Counted from the first letter of the stretch, positions 46,680 to 57,070 are shown. The stretch: 64,000 nucleotides of DNA from Planctomycetota bacterium (GCA_038212275.1 JBBQUR010000011.1:32001-96000), one strand, 5' to 3'. Translations and numbers: made by a program. Notes: generated by a model not told the origin, from the letters alone.

Positions 46680-49619
46680 ATGGATGCTGCAAGGCACAAC
46701 GGCGCAGCCGGTCCAGGCGCGGGCGCGTCGCGGCCAGGCGCCGTGACCGGAGGCGACGTGTCGGCAAGGGCGTGGATGCTTCTTTGTGCGGCGCTCACGC
46801 TGGTGGGCCTCGTGCTGCTGCGCGTCCCCTTCCGCTGGCTCCATCCGGACGAGGTGCTGCCGCTGGAGTTCTCCGCACTTGCGCCCGACGAGGGCCACGC
46901 CTTCCTGATGCCGCTGACGATTGCGCACGTCAGCGACCGCGACGGCCGCTCGAACCTGCACCTCTATGAGGACGACATGGAACTCGGGCCGGCGCACGCG
47001 CTGCACACCAGCATCCGGCAGGCGGGCGCCGGGGCCTACTCGCACTGGGGCGACTGGCTGTACTTCTCGGCCTCCGACGACAGTGATCCGCGCACGAACG
47101 GGCGCCGCTACGAAGCGCGCTTTCCGAAGACGGTCACCGACGCGCAGTCGCTGCCGGGCGCGGTGCTCGTGCTGCTGGCCGCTGTCGTGGCGCTGGCGGC
47201 GGTGCTGGCGCGCACCCGTGCGTTGCGCGCGGCAGGCGCAACGGCAGCCTCCGCCTGGGGCACCTGGCTTGCGGCCGGCGTGTTCGTCGCGCTCGGACTC
47301 CTCGTGCTCTTCGCGATGCACCGAAGGGATGTGCTCCGCGACAGCCTGGAGGAGTTGACGGCCTCGTTCACGGAGCCGCTCGTCACGGAGAACGCAGGCA
47401 CCGCGAAGGCCGACGACGCGCCGGGCGCCGGGCGCTCATCACCCGGCCGCGACATCGCCCCGCGAACGCTGCGCCTGCTCGATGCGCCGGACGCGCTGGA
47501 CTTCCGCGCCACGGGCGCCGCGCCGAGCGCACGAGCGCCCGTGACCGTGAGCTTCCCGAAAACGATCACGCTGGAGCCGGGCCAGCGCATGGAGTGCGCC
47601 TCGGCCTTCGACATGCGCGACGACGACCTCGCGGAACTGCAGCTCACGCTGCGCGTGCTGCAGGGCCGGAGCTTCCTGCTGCACTTCACGCTGAGCACGA
47701 CGCCGGAGGCTGCTGCCGGAGAAGGTGCTGGCGACACGTATCAGGCCTCGATCGAGGTGCCCGTCGAGCCCTCGGAAGACTGGCAGACGCTGTGCCTCGG
47801 CGAGCCGCTCGTGCTCTCGGGCGAGCAACTCTGGTCCGACGGCTCGGTGCATGTCACGCGCCTCGCGATCGGCAACCCGGACATGGCGCCCGGCCCCGTG
47901 CGGATCGAGGTGCGCGAGGCCGTGCTGTCCGGCGCGGGCGCCGTCTACACGCGCACGACGCACGGCAGCGGCCGCCTCGCGGTGGGCGACGACGATCGGA
48001 ACGCGTGGTGGCAGAGCGTCTCGGGCGGGGTGACCTTGCCGGCGACGGAACTCTCCGGCCGGCGACTGCGTGGCGCGGTCGCCCTGCTCGATCCGGAGGG
48101 CGTCGGCGGCACGGCGTCGTATCGCGTGGAGACCGTGGACGACGCGGGCAGACGCCGCGTGCTGCAGGCCGGCACGCTCGACGCCTCGCAGGGCTGGCTG
48201 GAGCTGCAGGCCGACGTGGCGCGCGACGCGGGGCCGCTGCGACTCGTCTTCGGATGCGATGAGCTGCCGGCGGGGACGGCGCTCGCGTGGTCTGCGCTGC
48301 GCGGCGTGGACCTGTCACGGCCGGCGCAGCGCGCGGTCTTCGTGCTGATCGACACGCTGCGCGCAGATGCCACCGGCTTCGGCGGCGGCCCGAGCGAGGC
48401 GACACCGGCGCTCGATGCCCTGGCGGCGCAGGGCGCGAGCTTCACGCGCTGCTACAGCCAGGCGAGCTGGACGCGGCCGTCCATGCCATCCATCCTCACG
48501 GGGCGCTACGTCGCAGCGACGGGCGTCCAGCTCATGGGGCAGCGCCTGCCGCTGCGCTACGAGACGATGGCGGAGTCCTTCGCGACGGCCGGCTTTCACA
48601 CGCTGGCCTTTCTCACGAACACGAACGCGGGTGCGGCCGCCGGCCTCGACCAGGGCTTCGATGAGCTCGTCCTGAAGTTCGACACGTCCATTCACGACAC
48701 GGAGCGATTCCTGGCGTCGGTCGTCTCGCCGCGCCTCGCGCAGCTGCCCGACGACGATCTCTTCGTGTCGGTGCACCTCATGGAAGTGCACGAGCCGTTC
48801 GGGCCGATCGACGAACCGCCGGAATGGCGCGGCGCAAGCGGCGGCGAGTCCCTGCCGCACGACGCGCACTACGACCGCCCGTGGGTTGCTGCCCCCACCG
48901 CGAACACGCGTCGCGAGCTCTACGCGCTGGACGTGCGGCGTACCGACCGCGCTCTCGGCGCCTTCTTCGACCGCTGGCTGCCCACGTGGGAGTCGGGCCA
49001 CGGCAGCCCGGTGATCGTGGCGGTGGCCTCGGACCACGGCGAGTTTCTCGGCGAGGGTGGTCACTGGGGGCACGGCTGGGAGCCGATGTCCTCCGCCGTG
49101 CTCCACGTGCCGCTGCTGCTGCGTGCGCCGGGACGCATCCCGCCAGGTGTGCGCTGCACGGAGGTCGTGCAGAACGTGGACATCTGCGAGACCATGCTCG
49201 CGCTGGCAGGCGTGCGGCGCCGCACCGTGGACGCCGGCGTCGCCGGCCGAAGCCTGCTGCCGCTGCTGGACTCGGGCGAACGCCGCGGCCCGCGGACGGC
49301 GCTGGCAGGACTCGAGAGCGGCCCCTCGCGCATCTTCACCGTGATCACCGCACAGCAGGAACTCGTGGGAGAGACGGGAAGGTTGCTGTCGCCACCGACC
49401 GACGGGCTGCAGGACCTGCTCGGCGCGCACAGCCCGCCGCAGACCTCGAGCGATGCGTCCCTGAACATCGAGGTCGACTTCGAGCGCGCGTGGGCGGCCT
49501 ACCTGCTCACACAACGGGCCTGGCGTCGGCAACTCTGGGAAGGCAGCAGCGCCGAGCCGATGACGCTCGAGCCGGGAGCACTGGAGCAGCTACAGACGCT
49601 GGGATACTTCGGCCGCTGA
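46680..49619 (+). CDS. Membrane-anchored sulfatase-like hydrolase/transferase
   Basis: IDTLRAD, SWTRPS..S.LTG, HEP, SDHGE, HVPL, terminal L..LGY; N-terminal TM helices. Confidence 0.88.
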   Translation: MDAARHNGAAGPGAGASRPGAVTGGDVSARAWMLLCAALTLVGLVLLRVPFRWLHPDEVLPLEFSALAPDEGHAFLMPLTIAHVSDRDGRSNLHLYEDDMELGPAHALHTSIRQAGAGAYSHWGDWLYFSASDDSDPRTNGRRYEARFPKTVTDAQSLPGAVLVLLAAVVALAAVLARTRALRAAGATAASAWGTWLAAGVFVALGLLVLFAMHRRDVLRDSLEELTASFTEPLVTENAGTAKADDAPGAGRSSPGRDIAPRTLRLLDAPDALDFRATGAAPSARAPVTVSFPKTITLEPGQRMECASAFDMRDDDLAELQLTLRVLQGRSFLLHFTLSTTPEAAAGEGAGDTYQASIEVPVEPSEDWQTLCLGEPLVLSGEQLWSDGSVHVTRLAIGNPDMAPGPVRIEVREAVLSGAGAVYTRTTHGSGRLAVGDDDRNAWWQSVSGGVTLPATELSGRRLRGAVALLDPEGVGGTASYRVETVDDAGRRRVLQAGTLDASQGWLELQADVARDAGPLRLVFGCDELPAGTALAWSALRGVDLSRPAQRAVFVLIDTLRADATGFGGGPSEATPALDALAAQGASFTRCYSQASWTRPSMPSILTGRYVAATGVQLMGQRLPLRYETMAESFATAGFHTLAFLTNTNAGAAAGLDQGFDELVLKFDTSIHDTERFLASVVSPRLAQLPDDDLFVSVHLMEVHEPFGPIDEPPEWRGASGGESLPHDAHYDRPWVAAPTANTRRELYALDVRRTDRALGAFFDRWLPTWESGHGSPVIVAVASDHGEFLGEGGHWGHGWEPMSSAVLHVPLLLRAPGRIPPGVRCTEVVQNVDICETMLALAGVRRRTVDAGVAGRSLLPLLDSGERRGPRTALAGLESGPSRIFTVITAQQELVGETGRLLSPPTDGLQDLLGAHSPPQTSSDASLNIEVDFERAWAAYLLTQRAWRRQLWEGSSAEPMTLEPGALEQLQTLGYFGR

Positions 49620-49750
49620 GCGCGCGCACCACGGCGCAGCACGGCAAGCTGCTGCGCTCGCTTGCCGGATGCCCCCCGGATGCCCGGCGACGACCGCGAC
49701 GTGTCGCGCGGTCGTCGCCGGAAGCTGCACCGGGCGCAGCTCGATGAAGA

Positions 49751-49903
49751 CTACTTCGCGATGATGGTCTTCTGGTTGGCCATGATCGTCTTCTGGTTCG
49801 CGATGATGGTCTTCTGGTTGGCCATGATCGACTTCTGGTTCTTCGTGATTCCGGCCTGATTCTTGAGGATCTTGGCCTGGTTGGCCACTGTGGCATTCGC
49901 CAT
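49751..49903 (-). CDS. 50-aa heptad-repeat microprotein
   Basis: MANATVANQAKILKNQAGITKNQKSIMANQKTIIANQKTIMANQKTIIAK*; GGGAGAG SD; synonymous variation between the 21-bp units. Confidence 0.8.
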   Translation of the reverse strand: MANATVANQAKILKNQAGITKNQKSIMANQKTIIANQKTIMANQKTIIAK

Positions 49904-50243
49904 GGTTCTCTCCCGAGTGATGGACATGCGGCGCTTCGCCGCGGCGGATACACGCTAGCGAAGTGGGCAGCCGACTCCACGCGTCGTGAACCGACGTTCT
50001 GCAAGTTCGATGCGGCGCGGAGTGGAAGGACGTCGGCAACCGTGCCACCTGCCCGGCCACCGGGACCATCGCCGGCTCTCCGTGCGGAATTCCGGTGACC
50101 GACGCGAGCCTCATGTCGGGCTTCGTGTCGGAAGTCCGTAATGACCTGCAGGCGCGTCACCAGACGCGCGTCGCACCATGTGCTGGATGAAGGCTGAGCG
50201 TTGCCCGGCCGATCCCGTGCCGGTGCCTGATCGGAGCAACGTC

Positions 50244-51806
50244 ATGACCCCGCGTGTGCTTGCCGCGCTGCTGATCGGCGCCCTCATTGCCTCACCGGGC
50301 GCCGCGCTGTCGGCGCAGTGCACCCCCGGTTTCGACGTCTCGCCCGGTGTCCCGGGATTCGATCTCGAGGTCTTCGCGTTCGAGCGGTTCGGGGCCGGGA
50401 CGCATGAGCTCTACGCGGGCGGGCGCTTCAAGAAGTTCGGTGCGACGCCGATACACGGCCTCGCCCGCTGGACCGGTACGGCGTGGCAGGCTGTCGGCGC
50501 GGGAGTAGCCGGCGGCCCGGTGCCGGCCGTGCGCGCCCTCCTGGCCGGCGATGACGGTTCGGGTCCATCCCTCTTCGTGGGCGGGGACTTCTCGTCGATC
50601 GATGGCGTGCCAGCGGGGTGCATCGCGCGCTTTGACGGTGAGCACTTTCACGCGATCGGCAACGGGTTGCCGGCCGCGGTGAATGCGCTCGCTCTGTACG
50701 ACGCCGGCAGCGGACCGCGGCTCTACGCAGGAACCGACTTCACCGACAGCAGCGTGCCGGGGGGCGTGTACCGCTTCGAAGCGGGGACCTGGAGTCTCGT
50801 GGCGGGTGGAGTCGCCGTGGGCCCGGGAAACAACGCGGGCTCGGTCGACGCTCTCGCGGTGTACGGCTCAGGCCGCGGTGAACTCTACGCGGGCGGAATA
50901 TTCGTCCTCGCGGGCGGAATCGCCGCCACATACATCGCGCGCTTCGACGGCACGGCGTGGCGCGACGTCAACGGTGGCATGGACGAGCCCGTGCACACCA
51001 TGGCCACGTTCGATGATGGCACCGGTCCTCAGCTCTTCTGCGGCGGCACCTTCCTTCATGCCGGTGCGCCGGCGGTTCCCGCAACGCACGCGGCGCGTTG
51101 GAACGGCAGTTCATGGAACCACCTCGGCAACACGAATCCCTTCGAATTCTTCGGAATCATCGGCGCCATCGAGAGCTTCGATGACGGCAGCGGCCCTGCG
51201 CTCTATCTCGCGGGCGTCACCGCCTTCGTCCCGACACCGGTTTTCCGGTGGGATGGCGGCCCGGCCTGGACGCCGCTCGCCACGACGCTGTCGGGCCGGG
51301 TCTACGCCATGGCGACGTTGCCCGACGGCCTGTCCAACGACCTGTTCCTTGGCGGCATGATCACGGCAGTCGGTGCGGCTCCCGTCGCGGGAGCCGCACG
51401 CTACCGGGGCTGTCCGCTGCCGCCCGCGAGCCTGAAAGCGATCACGCCGCCGCAACTGGGCACGGATCTCGTGCTGCACGGCAGCAGTCCCGGAGGAGCC
51501 GGCCGGCCGTACTTCTGCGGCTTCGCTTTCAGCAGTCGCCCCGGCATCCAGCTCGCGCAGGGCACTCAGGTGCCGCTCGCCATCGATCAACTCTTGTTGC
51601 TCTCGCTCGATGCGGCGAACGTGCTCTTCGACGACCAGTTCGGAACGCTTGACGCCGATTCGAGTGCCACCGTGCGGCTGCACCTGCCGCCGCTCCCCAT
51701 CGCGGCGGGAATCGACATCGTCGCGTCGCTGATCGTGTTCGGCGCCGGCGAGCCGGACGGCATTCACGCGGTGTCGCCCGCACTGGCACTGACGCTGAGC
51801 AACTGA
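50244..51806 (+). CDS. Secreted beta-propeller protein with a C-terminal domain
   Basis: Signal peptide; repeated DDG.GP.L..GG.F...IAR(W/F)DG..W. Confidence 0.88.
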   Translation: MTPRVLAALLIGALIASPGAALSAQCTPGFDVSPGVPGFDLEVFAFERFGAGTHELYAGGRFKKFGATPIHGLARWTGTAWQAVGAGVAGGPVPAVRALLAGDDGSGPSLFVGGDFSSIDGVPAGCIARFDGEHFHAIGNGLPAAVNALALYDAGSGPRLYAGTDFTDSSVPGGVYRFEAGTWSLVAGGVAVGPGNNAGSVDALAVYGSGRGELYAGGIFVLAGGIAATYIARFDGTAWRDVNGGMDEPVHTMATFDDGTGPQLFCGGTFLHAGAPAVPATHAARWNGSSWNHLGNTNPFEFFGIIGAIESFDDGSGPALYLAGVTAFVPTPVFRWDGGPAWTPLATTLSGRVYAMATLPDGLSNDLFLGGMITAVGAAPVAGAARYRGCPLPPASLKAITPPQLGTDLVLHGSSPGGAGRPYFCGFAFSSRPGIQLAQGTQVPLAIDQLLLLSLDAANVLFDDQFGTLDADSSATVRLHLPPLPIAAGIDIVASLIVFGAGEPDGIHAVSPALALTLSN

Positions 51807-52048
51807 TGAGCGTGCACCTGGACGATGGCCCTGACACGCAAAGCGGCCGCGGACACCGACACGATTTTCCGCTGATTGGCTTCGTTTCCACGAAGAAACG
51901 CGTACGCGGATTTCGCGTGTGACGGGAAAGCACAGGCCTCCGGTGAACTGATGTGAATCCCGATGTCAGCCCGGTCGAGTGCGGGGCCCTCACGCCTCGC
52001 GCGCCTCGCGCACCCGCTCGACCGCCAACCCTCGCCAGGAGAAGAGTC

Positions 52049-53575
52049 ATGTACCGAACGATCTGTGCCCTGCTGCTGTCTGCATGCCCCGCCATGTCAC
52101 AGGTGGTCTTCGAACCGCCGGTGGCCACGCCGCTCTTTCACGTCACGCAAGGCGTCATCAGCGCCGACCTGAATCTCGACGGTCACGTCGACCTGATCAC
52201 GATGCCGCGCTTTCCGGGCGGCTTCTCCACAGCGGCGTTCTCGGTGCTGCTGGGAAACGGCGATGGCGGCTTCGGAGCGCCGCTCTTCACGTCGCTGGGC
52301 GCGCAGAATGCCGGCCGCGGCCGCGTGGCCTTCCTGAACGATGATGCGATTCCCGATCTGGTGCTGCCCTTTCATCCGGGTGTCGAGTCGGTGCGACTCT
52401 TCTTCGGCGCGGGCGACGGCACCTTCCCGACCTCACAGACGATCAGCGTCGCCTTCGCGCAGTCGATCGCGGATGTCATCCCCGTCGACCTGACGGGTGA
52501 CGGCAAGCTCGATTTCTTCGTGCTCGATGCGGGCCTGTCGATCTTCCTGCCCGGCAGGCTGCTGGCCCTGGTGGCCGACGGAGCGGGCTACACGCTGGTC
52601 TCGGGTCCGTCGCTGCAATTGGGCGCCACTCACGTCGCACTGGGCGATGTGAACGGCGACGCCGTGCTCGATGCCGTCGTGGCAAATGACATCTCCGGCA
52701 GCCTCTCCATCGCGCTGGGCCTGGGAGCGGGCAACTTTGCCGCGCCGACGAACGTGGCCGTGGGCGGGTCGCCGCGCGACCTCGCCATGGCCGACTTCGA
52801 TGGCGACGGAAAGCTCGACCTCGCCTTCGCGGACGCCTCGTCCGCCAACCGCGTCGTGTTGATGCACGGCGATGGCGCAGGGCACTTCTCGACGGTGCAG
52901 ACGCTCATCCTCGCAGGCACTCCGTCGAGACTCTCGGTCGGCATGCTCGATCCGGACGCGATGCTCGACCTGGTCGTGAGCCGGTTCGGCAGTGGCGAAA
53001 TCACGGTGCTTCGCGGTGTCGGCGACGGCAGCTTCACGGTCGGCGTCACGGTGAGCCATGTCCCCAATGCCGACGGCTCGACGCTGGCGGACTTCGACGA
53101 GGATGGCCTCCCGGACGTCGCGGTCGGCTCCTACGTCGGCCTCGGCACCTTCGAGCCGTTCAGCAGCGTGTACGTGATGCGCAATCACACCTATTCGACG
53201 AGTTCTCCATTCCTCGACCTCGGACATGCGCTCGCGGGCAGCAAGGGCTACCCGATCCTGCTCGCGGAGGGCGACCTTCAACCGGCCACGCCCATGCAGC
53301 TGCGTCTGGCGAACGGCCTCCCGCTGGGACAGGCCACGCTGGTGCTTGGATTCCGCCAGATCGATGTGCCGTTCAAGGGCGGCGTCATGGTGCCGTCCGT
53401 CGACGTGCTCGTCCCGGGGCTGGCCATCGATGCGCAGGGCGGCGTGACGCTGGACGCGTCGTGGCCCGCCGGCGTCTCCTCAGGCCTCAGCTTCTTCGCG
53501 CAATACTGGTTCAAGGACCTTGCCGCACCGACGCACGAAGGCAGCTCGAGCGCGGTGCGGGTGATCACGCCGTAG
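52049..53575 (+). CDS. Secreted VCBS/FG-GAP repeat protein with 121-aa PFKGG C-terminal domain
   Basis: D.NGDG..DL and G.GDG.F repeats; tail at 53210-53575. Confidence 0.9.
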   Translation: MYRTICALLLSACPAMSQVVFEPPVATPLFHVTQGVISADLNLDGHVDLITMPRFPGGFSTAAFSVLLGNGDGGFGAPLFTSLGAQNAGRGRVAFLNDDAIPDLVLPFHPGVESVRLFFGAGDGTFPTSQTISVAFAQSIADVIPVDLTGDGKLDFFVLDAGLSIFLPGRLLALVADGAGYTLVSGPSLQLGATHVALGDVNGDAVLDAVVANDISGSLSIALGLGAGNFAAPTNVAVGGSPRDLAMADFDGDGKLDLAFADASSANRVVLMHGDGAGHFSTVQTLILAGTPSRLSVGMLDPDAMLDLVVSRFGSGEITVLRGVGDGSFTVGVTVSHVPNADGSTLADFDEDGLPDVAVGSYVGLGTFEPFSSVYVMRNHTYSTSSPFLDLGHALAGSKGYPILLAEGDLQPATPMQLRLANGLPLGQATLVLGFRQIDVPFKGGVMVPSVDVLVPGLAIDAQGGVTLDASWPAGVSSGLSFFAQYWFKDLAAPTHEGSSSAVRVITP

Positions 53576-53781
53576 GCCGGCAAGCAACGCCTCGCACACG
53601 TCCTGGTTGCGCAGGGTCGGGAAGGGCCGATCGCTCATCGGGCTGCTGTCGCCATGCCGCTGCCGATTCCGTGATGAGTGATGCTTGACGCGGTCGTTCC
53701 CGGGTCCCCTGCCCTTCTCCGACCCTGCGCCTTGCTTCCTCCTCCCCCGCCTTCCATCCCCTCACGTCCCGGAGAGCACCC

Positions 53782-55071
53782 GTGATCCGCCCGACCCTTT
53801 CGATCCTGCTGCTTGGCCTGCTCTCGTTCCACGCCCCCGCCCAGCAGGTGTGGGTCGTGGACGACACCGCCGGCACCGGCGCTGATTTCTTCGAACCGCA
53901 GTCCGCGATCAACGCGGCCTCCGACGGCGACACGATCCTCGTGCGCGCCGGCTTCTACAACGCGGCGTTCATCATCGATGGCAAGTCGCTGACGGTCGCG
54001 GCCGACGCCGGCGCGGCGGCACATGTGCCGGGCTTCCGCGTGCGGAACCTGGCCGCGGGACAATCGGTGGCGGTCATCGGCCTGACCGCGGACCTGTTCG
54101 CCAACCAGTCGTTCACGCCCGGCGTCGAGGTCGTCAAGATCACGGAGTGCGCGGGGCCGGTCCTCGTCCAGGACTGCCTGCTTCCCGGCGGCACGCTGTT
54201 CGTCGTGGCGCCGCTGTTGCCGACGGTCCGCATCGTCAACGCCGCCGCCGTGAACTTCGAGCGCTGCACGCTGCTGGGTCGCATCGACACGCCGACGCTC
54301 TCGTCGTCCGTCGTCCTCACGGCGGAGGCGCTCAGCAGCACCGGTTCGCAGGTGCAACTCGCGCACTGCACCGTCACCGGTGCGGCCGGGCATGACGATG
54401 TGGCGCCCCACCCCGCGTCGCCGGGCAGGCAAGCCGTCACGCTGCTCGGCTCGCGCCTGATCCTTCAGGGAAGCACGATCACCGGAGGTCAGGGCGGCAA
54501 CGGCGGTTTCAGCCCGAGCTCGCAGTCGTGCTCGCTCGGCCAGCGGGGCGGCGACGGCATCGTGTTCGGCGATGCCGCATCCACCGCCGTGCAGCGTGCA
54601 TCGACCGTGAGCGGCGGTGCGGGTGGTATCGGCGGCGTCAACCCGGATCTCGGTTCCGGGTGCCCTGCCGGAGCCGACGGCGCGGCCTTCGCGGGACCGG
54701 GGCTGGCGACGAGCCTTCCCGGCGGCAGCGATCCGCTCGACATCGTTCCGGCGATCGTCCGCGAGGGCGGCGCCGGAACGCTGGTGCTGCACGGCACGTC
54801 GGGCAGCAGCGCATGGCTGCTGCCGGGCTTCGGCCAGTCGCAGCTCTGGTTGCCGGCGCACGCGGGCGTGCTGCTGCCGACGGCGACGGCGCTCATCGTC
54901 CCGCTCGGTGTGGTGCCGGCCTCGGGCGAGATCACGCTGCCTTACGTCGCGCCGGTGCTGCCGGCGGGCGTCACGGGCGTCACCCTGGTGCTGCAATCGG
55001 CCAGCGTCGGCGCGGGACCGGTGCTGCTCGGCGGCGGCGGCGCGCTCGTGATCATCGACGCGGCTCTCTGA
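53782..55071 (+). CDS. Secreted beta-helix-like protein with Gly-rich segment and C-terminal domain
   Basis: WVVDD..G.GADF...Q.AINAA.DGDTILVR.G.Y; GGAG SD. Confidence 0.85.
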   Translation: MIRPTLSILLLGLLSFHAPAQQVWVVDDTAGTGADFFEPQSAINAASDGDTILVRAGFYNAAFIIDGKSLTVAADAGAAAHVPGFRVRNLAAGQSVAVIGLTADLFANQSFTPGVEVVKITECAGPVLVQDCLLPGGTLFVVAPLLPTVRIVNAAAVNFERCTLLGRIDTPTLSSSVVLTAEALSSTGSQVQLAHCTVTGAAGHDDVAPHPASPGRQAVTLLGSRLILQGSTITGGQGGNGGFSPSSQSCSLGQRGGDGIVFGDAASTAVQRASTVSGGAGGIGGVNPDLGSGCPAGADGAAFAGPGLATSLPGGSDPLDIVPAIVREGGAGTLVLHGTSGSSAWLLPGFGQSQLWLPAHAGVLLPTATALIVPLGVVPASGEITLPYVAPVLPAGVTGVTLVLQSASVGAGPVLLGGGGALVIIDAAL

Positions 55072-55107
55072 GCGCCGCGCCCCCGGCTGCGCGGCCGTCC
55101 GGCACGC

Positions 55108-55566
55108 TCAGCGGGAGACAGGGATGACGTCCTGATCGACGCCGCGGCGTGCGAGCACCGCTCTCCACGCCGCGGCCTCGACGAGGCAGCCGCGGCGGTC
55201 GTACATCCTCGCCGTCTCGCGGGCGATGCGCAGCGTGTCGGGATGCGCCGCGCCCAGCGCCTCCTCGACGACCTGGTTCGCGCGCAGAAGCAGTGGCTCG
55301 GCCTCCTCGACCTTTCCGAGGTCGACGAGGCAACGTGCAAGGTCACCGCTGAAGGAACCCGTGACGCGGTTGTGCTCGCCCCAGATGGCCATCGCTCCGT
55401 CGACGGCTTCCCGCAGCAGCGGCTCGGCCTCGGCCGGGCGGCCGAGGATGGACAGCGTGAGGCCGAGGTCGTGCGTGGCGGCGACCACATCGCGATGCCC
55501 AGGCTCGTGCAGGGCGAGCACCGTGGTCCTGAGCCGCCGCACCTCGCTCCACGTCGCGCGGATCAC
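55108..55566 (-). CDS. Short TPR protein (tail of a kinase-TPR type protein, possibly a remnant)
   Basis: LGR..EAEPLLREA, LG..EEAEPLL, LG..HPDT; GTGA overlap with the sigma factor. Confidence 0.65.
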   Translation of the reverse strand: MIRATWSEVRRLRTTVLALHEPGHRDVVAATHDLGLTLSILGRPAEAEPLLREAVDGAMAIWGEHNRVTGSFSGDLARCLVDLGKVEEAEPLLLRANQVVEEALGAAHPDTLRIARETARMYDRRGCLVEAAAWRAVLARRGVDQDVIPVSR

Positions 55567-56159
55567 GGGAGGCCAGGCCCGCGGGCCGGAGGCTCCGCGT
55601 CCAGTCCGATCGCATCGTGCAACCACGCGCGCGCCGTGCGCCAGCCGCGCTCCACGGTGCGCGAGGACACGCCGAGAACCTCGGCGATCTCGTCGTGCGT
55701 GAGCTGGCCGAAGAAGCGCAGCTCCACGATGCGCGCGAGCTGCTCGTCGAGCGCCGCGAGGCGGTCGAGAGCCTCATCGAGCGCGAGGAGGTGATGGGCC
55801 TGCTCCTCGACGACCAGCGCGTCCTCGGTGAGCGTGAGCCGCCGCATCCCGCCGCCGCGTTTCTCGGCGCCGCGGGCGCGCGCTTGATCGACGACCACGG
55901 AGCGCATGGCCTTGGCCGCCATGCCGAGAAAGTGCGCGCGGCTGGCGTAGTGGCGCTCGGCCGGCGCCACCAGCTTGAGGAAGGCCTCGTGCACCAGCGC
56001 CGTGGGCTGGAGCACGCGCTCGCCCGCATGCCGGGCGAGGCAGCCCTCCGCGAGCCGGTGCAACTCCGCGTAGATCAACGGGAACAACTCGTTGCCCGCC
56101 GCCTGGTCGCCCGCGCTCCAGCGTTCGAGAAGAAGGGTGATGCTCGTGGAGGCGGTCAT
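55563..56159 (-). CDS. ECF sigma factor, TIGR02999-like
   Basis: IT.LL..W..GD, YAEL..LA, LQPTALVHEAFLKL, KRGG, VELRFF, TVER.W..ARAWL. Confidence 0.94.
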   Translation of the reverse strand: MTASTSITLLLERWSAGDQAAGNELFPLIYAELHRLAEGCLARHAGERVLQPTALVHEAFLKLVAPAERHYASRAHFLGMAAKAMRSVVVDQARARGAEKRGGGMRRLTLTEDALVVEEQAHHLLALDEALDRLAALDEQLARIVELRFFGQLTHDEIAEVLGVSSRTVERGWRTARAWLHDAIGLDAEPPARGPGLP

Positions 56160-56269
56160 GACGTGGCCGGATTGTTGACCGCGAGGTCCATCCCGGCAAG
56201 GTCGATCACGAGCGGGCAGCGAGGATTGCCCGGTGCCGCTGCACCACGCTTCGCACTTAGGATGTCGCC

Positions 56270-56731
56270 ATGAGCCGAGCCTTCATCAAGGAACCCGAGA
56301 GCTCCGGCCCCGCCTGCCCGGAGCCGCCGGGATGCGGCGGCCTCGGCGTGCCGGTGTCGCGCGTGACCCTGCTGGCGCGACTGCGTCCCGAAGCCGCCGC
56401 GCGCTTCGCGGCCGCGGGCTACTTCTGCCCCGACCCGGCGTGCGAGGTCGCCTACTTCGATGCCGGGCGGGAGCGGGCCATGCGGAGCGAGCTGCTCGCA
56501 CCCGCCTGGCCCAAGCACGCGGACGCGCCGCTGTGCGCGTGCTTCGGCCTCGCGCGGGACCTCTTCGAGGACTTCGGTCGCCGCGGCGACAAGGCCGCCA
56601 TGCGCGCCTTCCTCGAACGCACGGTCTCGGCCGAAGCGCGTTGCGAGAGCCGCGCCGCCGATGGCCGCTGCTGCGCCACCGAGGCCCGGCGCGTGTTCCT
56701 CCGCGCGCTGGAGAACGCCGCGGAGACGTGA
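56270..56731 (+). CDS. Cys-rich metal/Fe-S binding protein (CopZ zinc-binding/BFD-like)
   Basis: C....GC, FCPDPACEVAYF, PLCACFG, C......GRCC. Confidence 0.75.
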   Translation: MSRAFIKEPESSGPACPEPPGCGGLGVPVSRVTLLARLRPEAAARFAAAGYFCPDPACEVAYFDAGRERAMRSELLAPAWPKHADAPLCACFGLARDLFEDFGRRGDKAAMRAFLERTVSAEARCESRAADGRCCATEARRVFLRALENAAET

Positions 56732-57070
56732 GCTCCCGGCCTGACGGACGTCACGCGCCCTGACCCGCTCACTCCATCCGCACACTGTCGAGCTGCAGGG
56801 ACCGCAGCAGACATGCGCTCTTTCCAGCGCGAGCGGAAGCGTGAGCCGCCACTTGCTGTCTCGCTCCGTTCAACACCCGTGACGGCGACAGGGTGCGATG
56901 CGGCAGGGGCCGTCTGCGCGAGCCGGCGCGGGATCCCAGGCGCGACGATGACCGGCATGACTGCGCACCGTCTGTACAATTCGCACACGTCGAGGTGGCG
57001 CGGCGCCACGTGCGCGCCGGGCGAGTCGATGCCGTGCCAGCACCCGCAGTGCACGTCGCCGGCACTGCAG

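Noticed and set aside
49662..49859. Plus-strand 65-aa ORF with a hydrophobic FWLAM repeat
   Set aside because: It is the antisense reading of the heptad microprotein, which has the SD and the synonymous-variation pattern.
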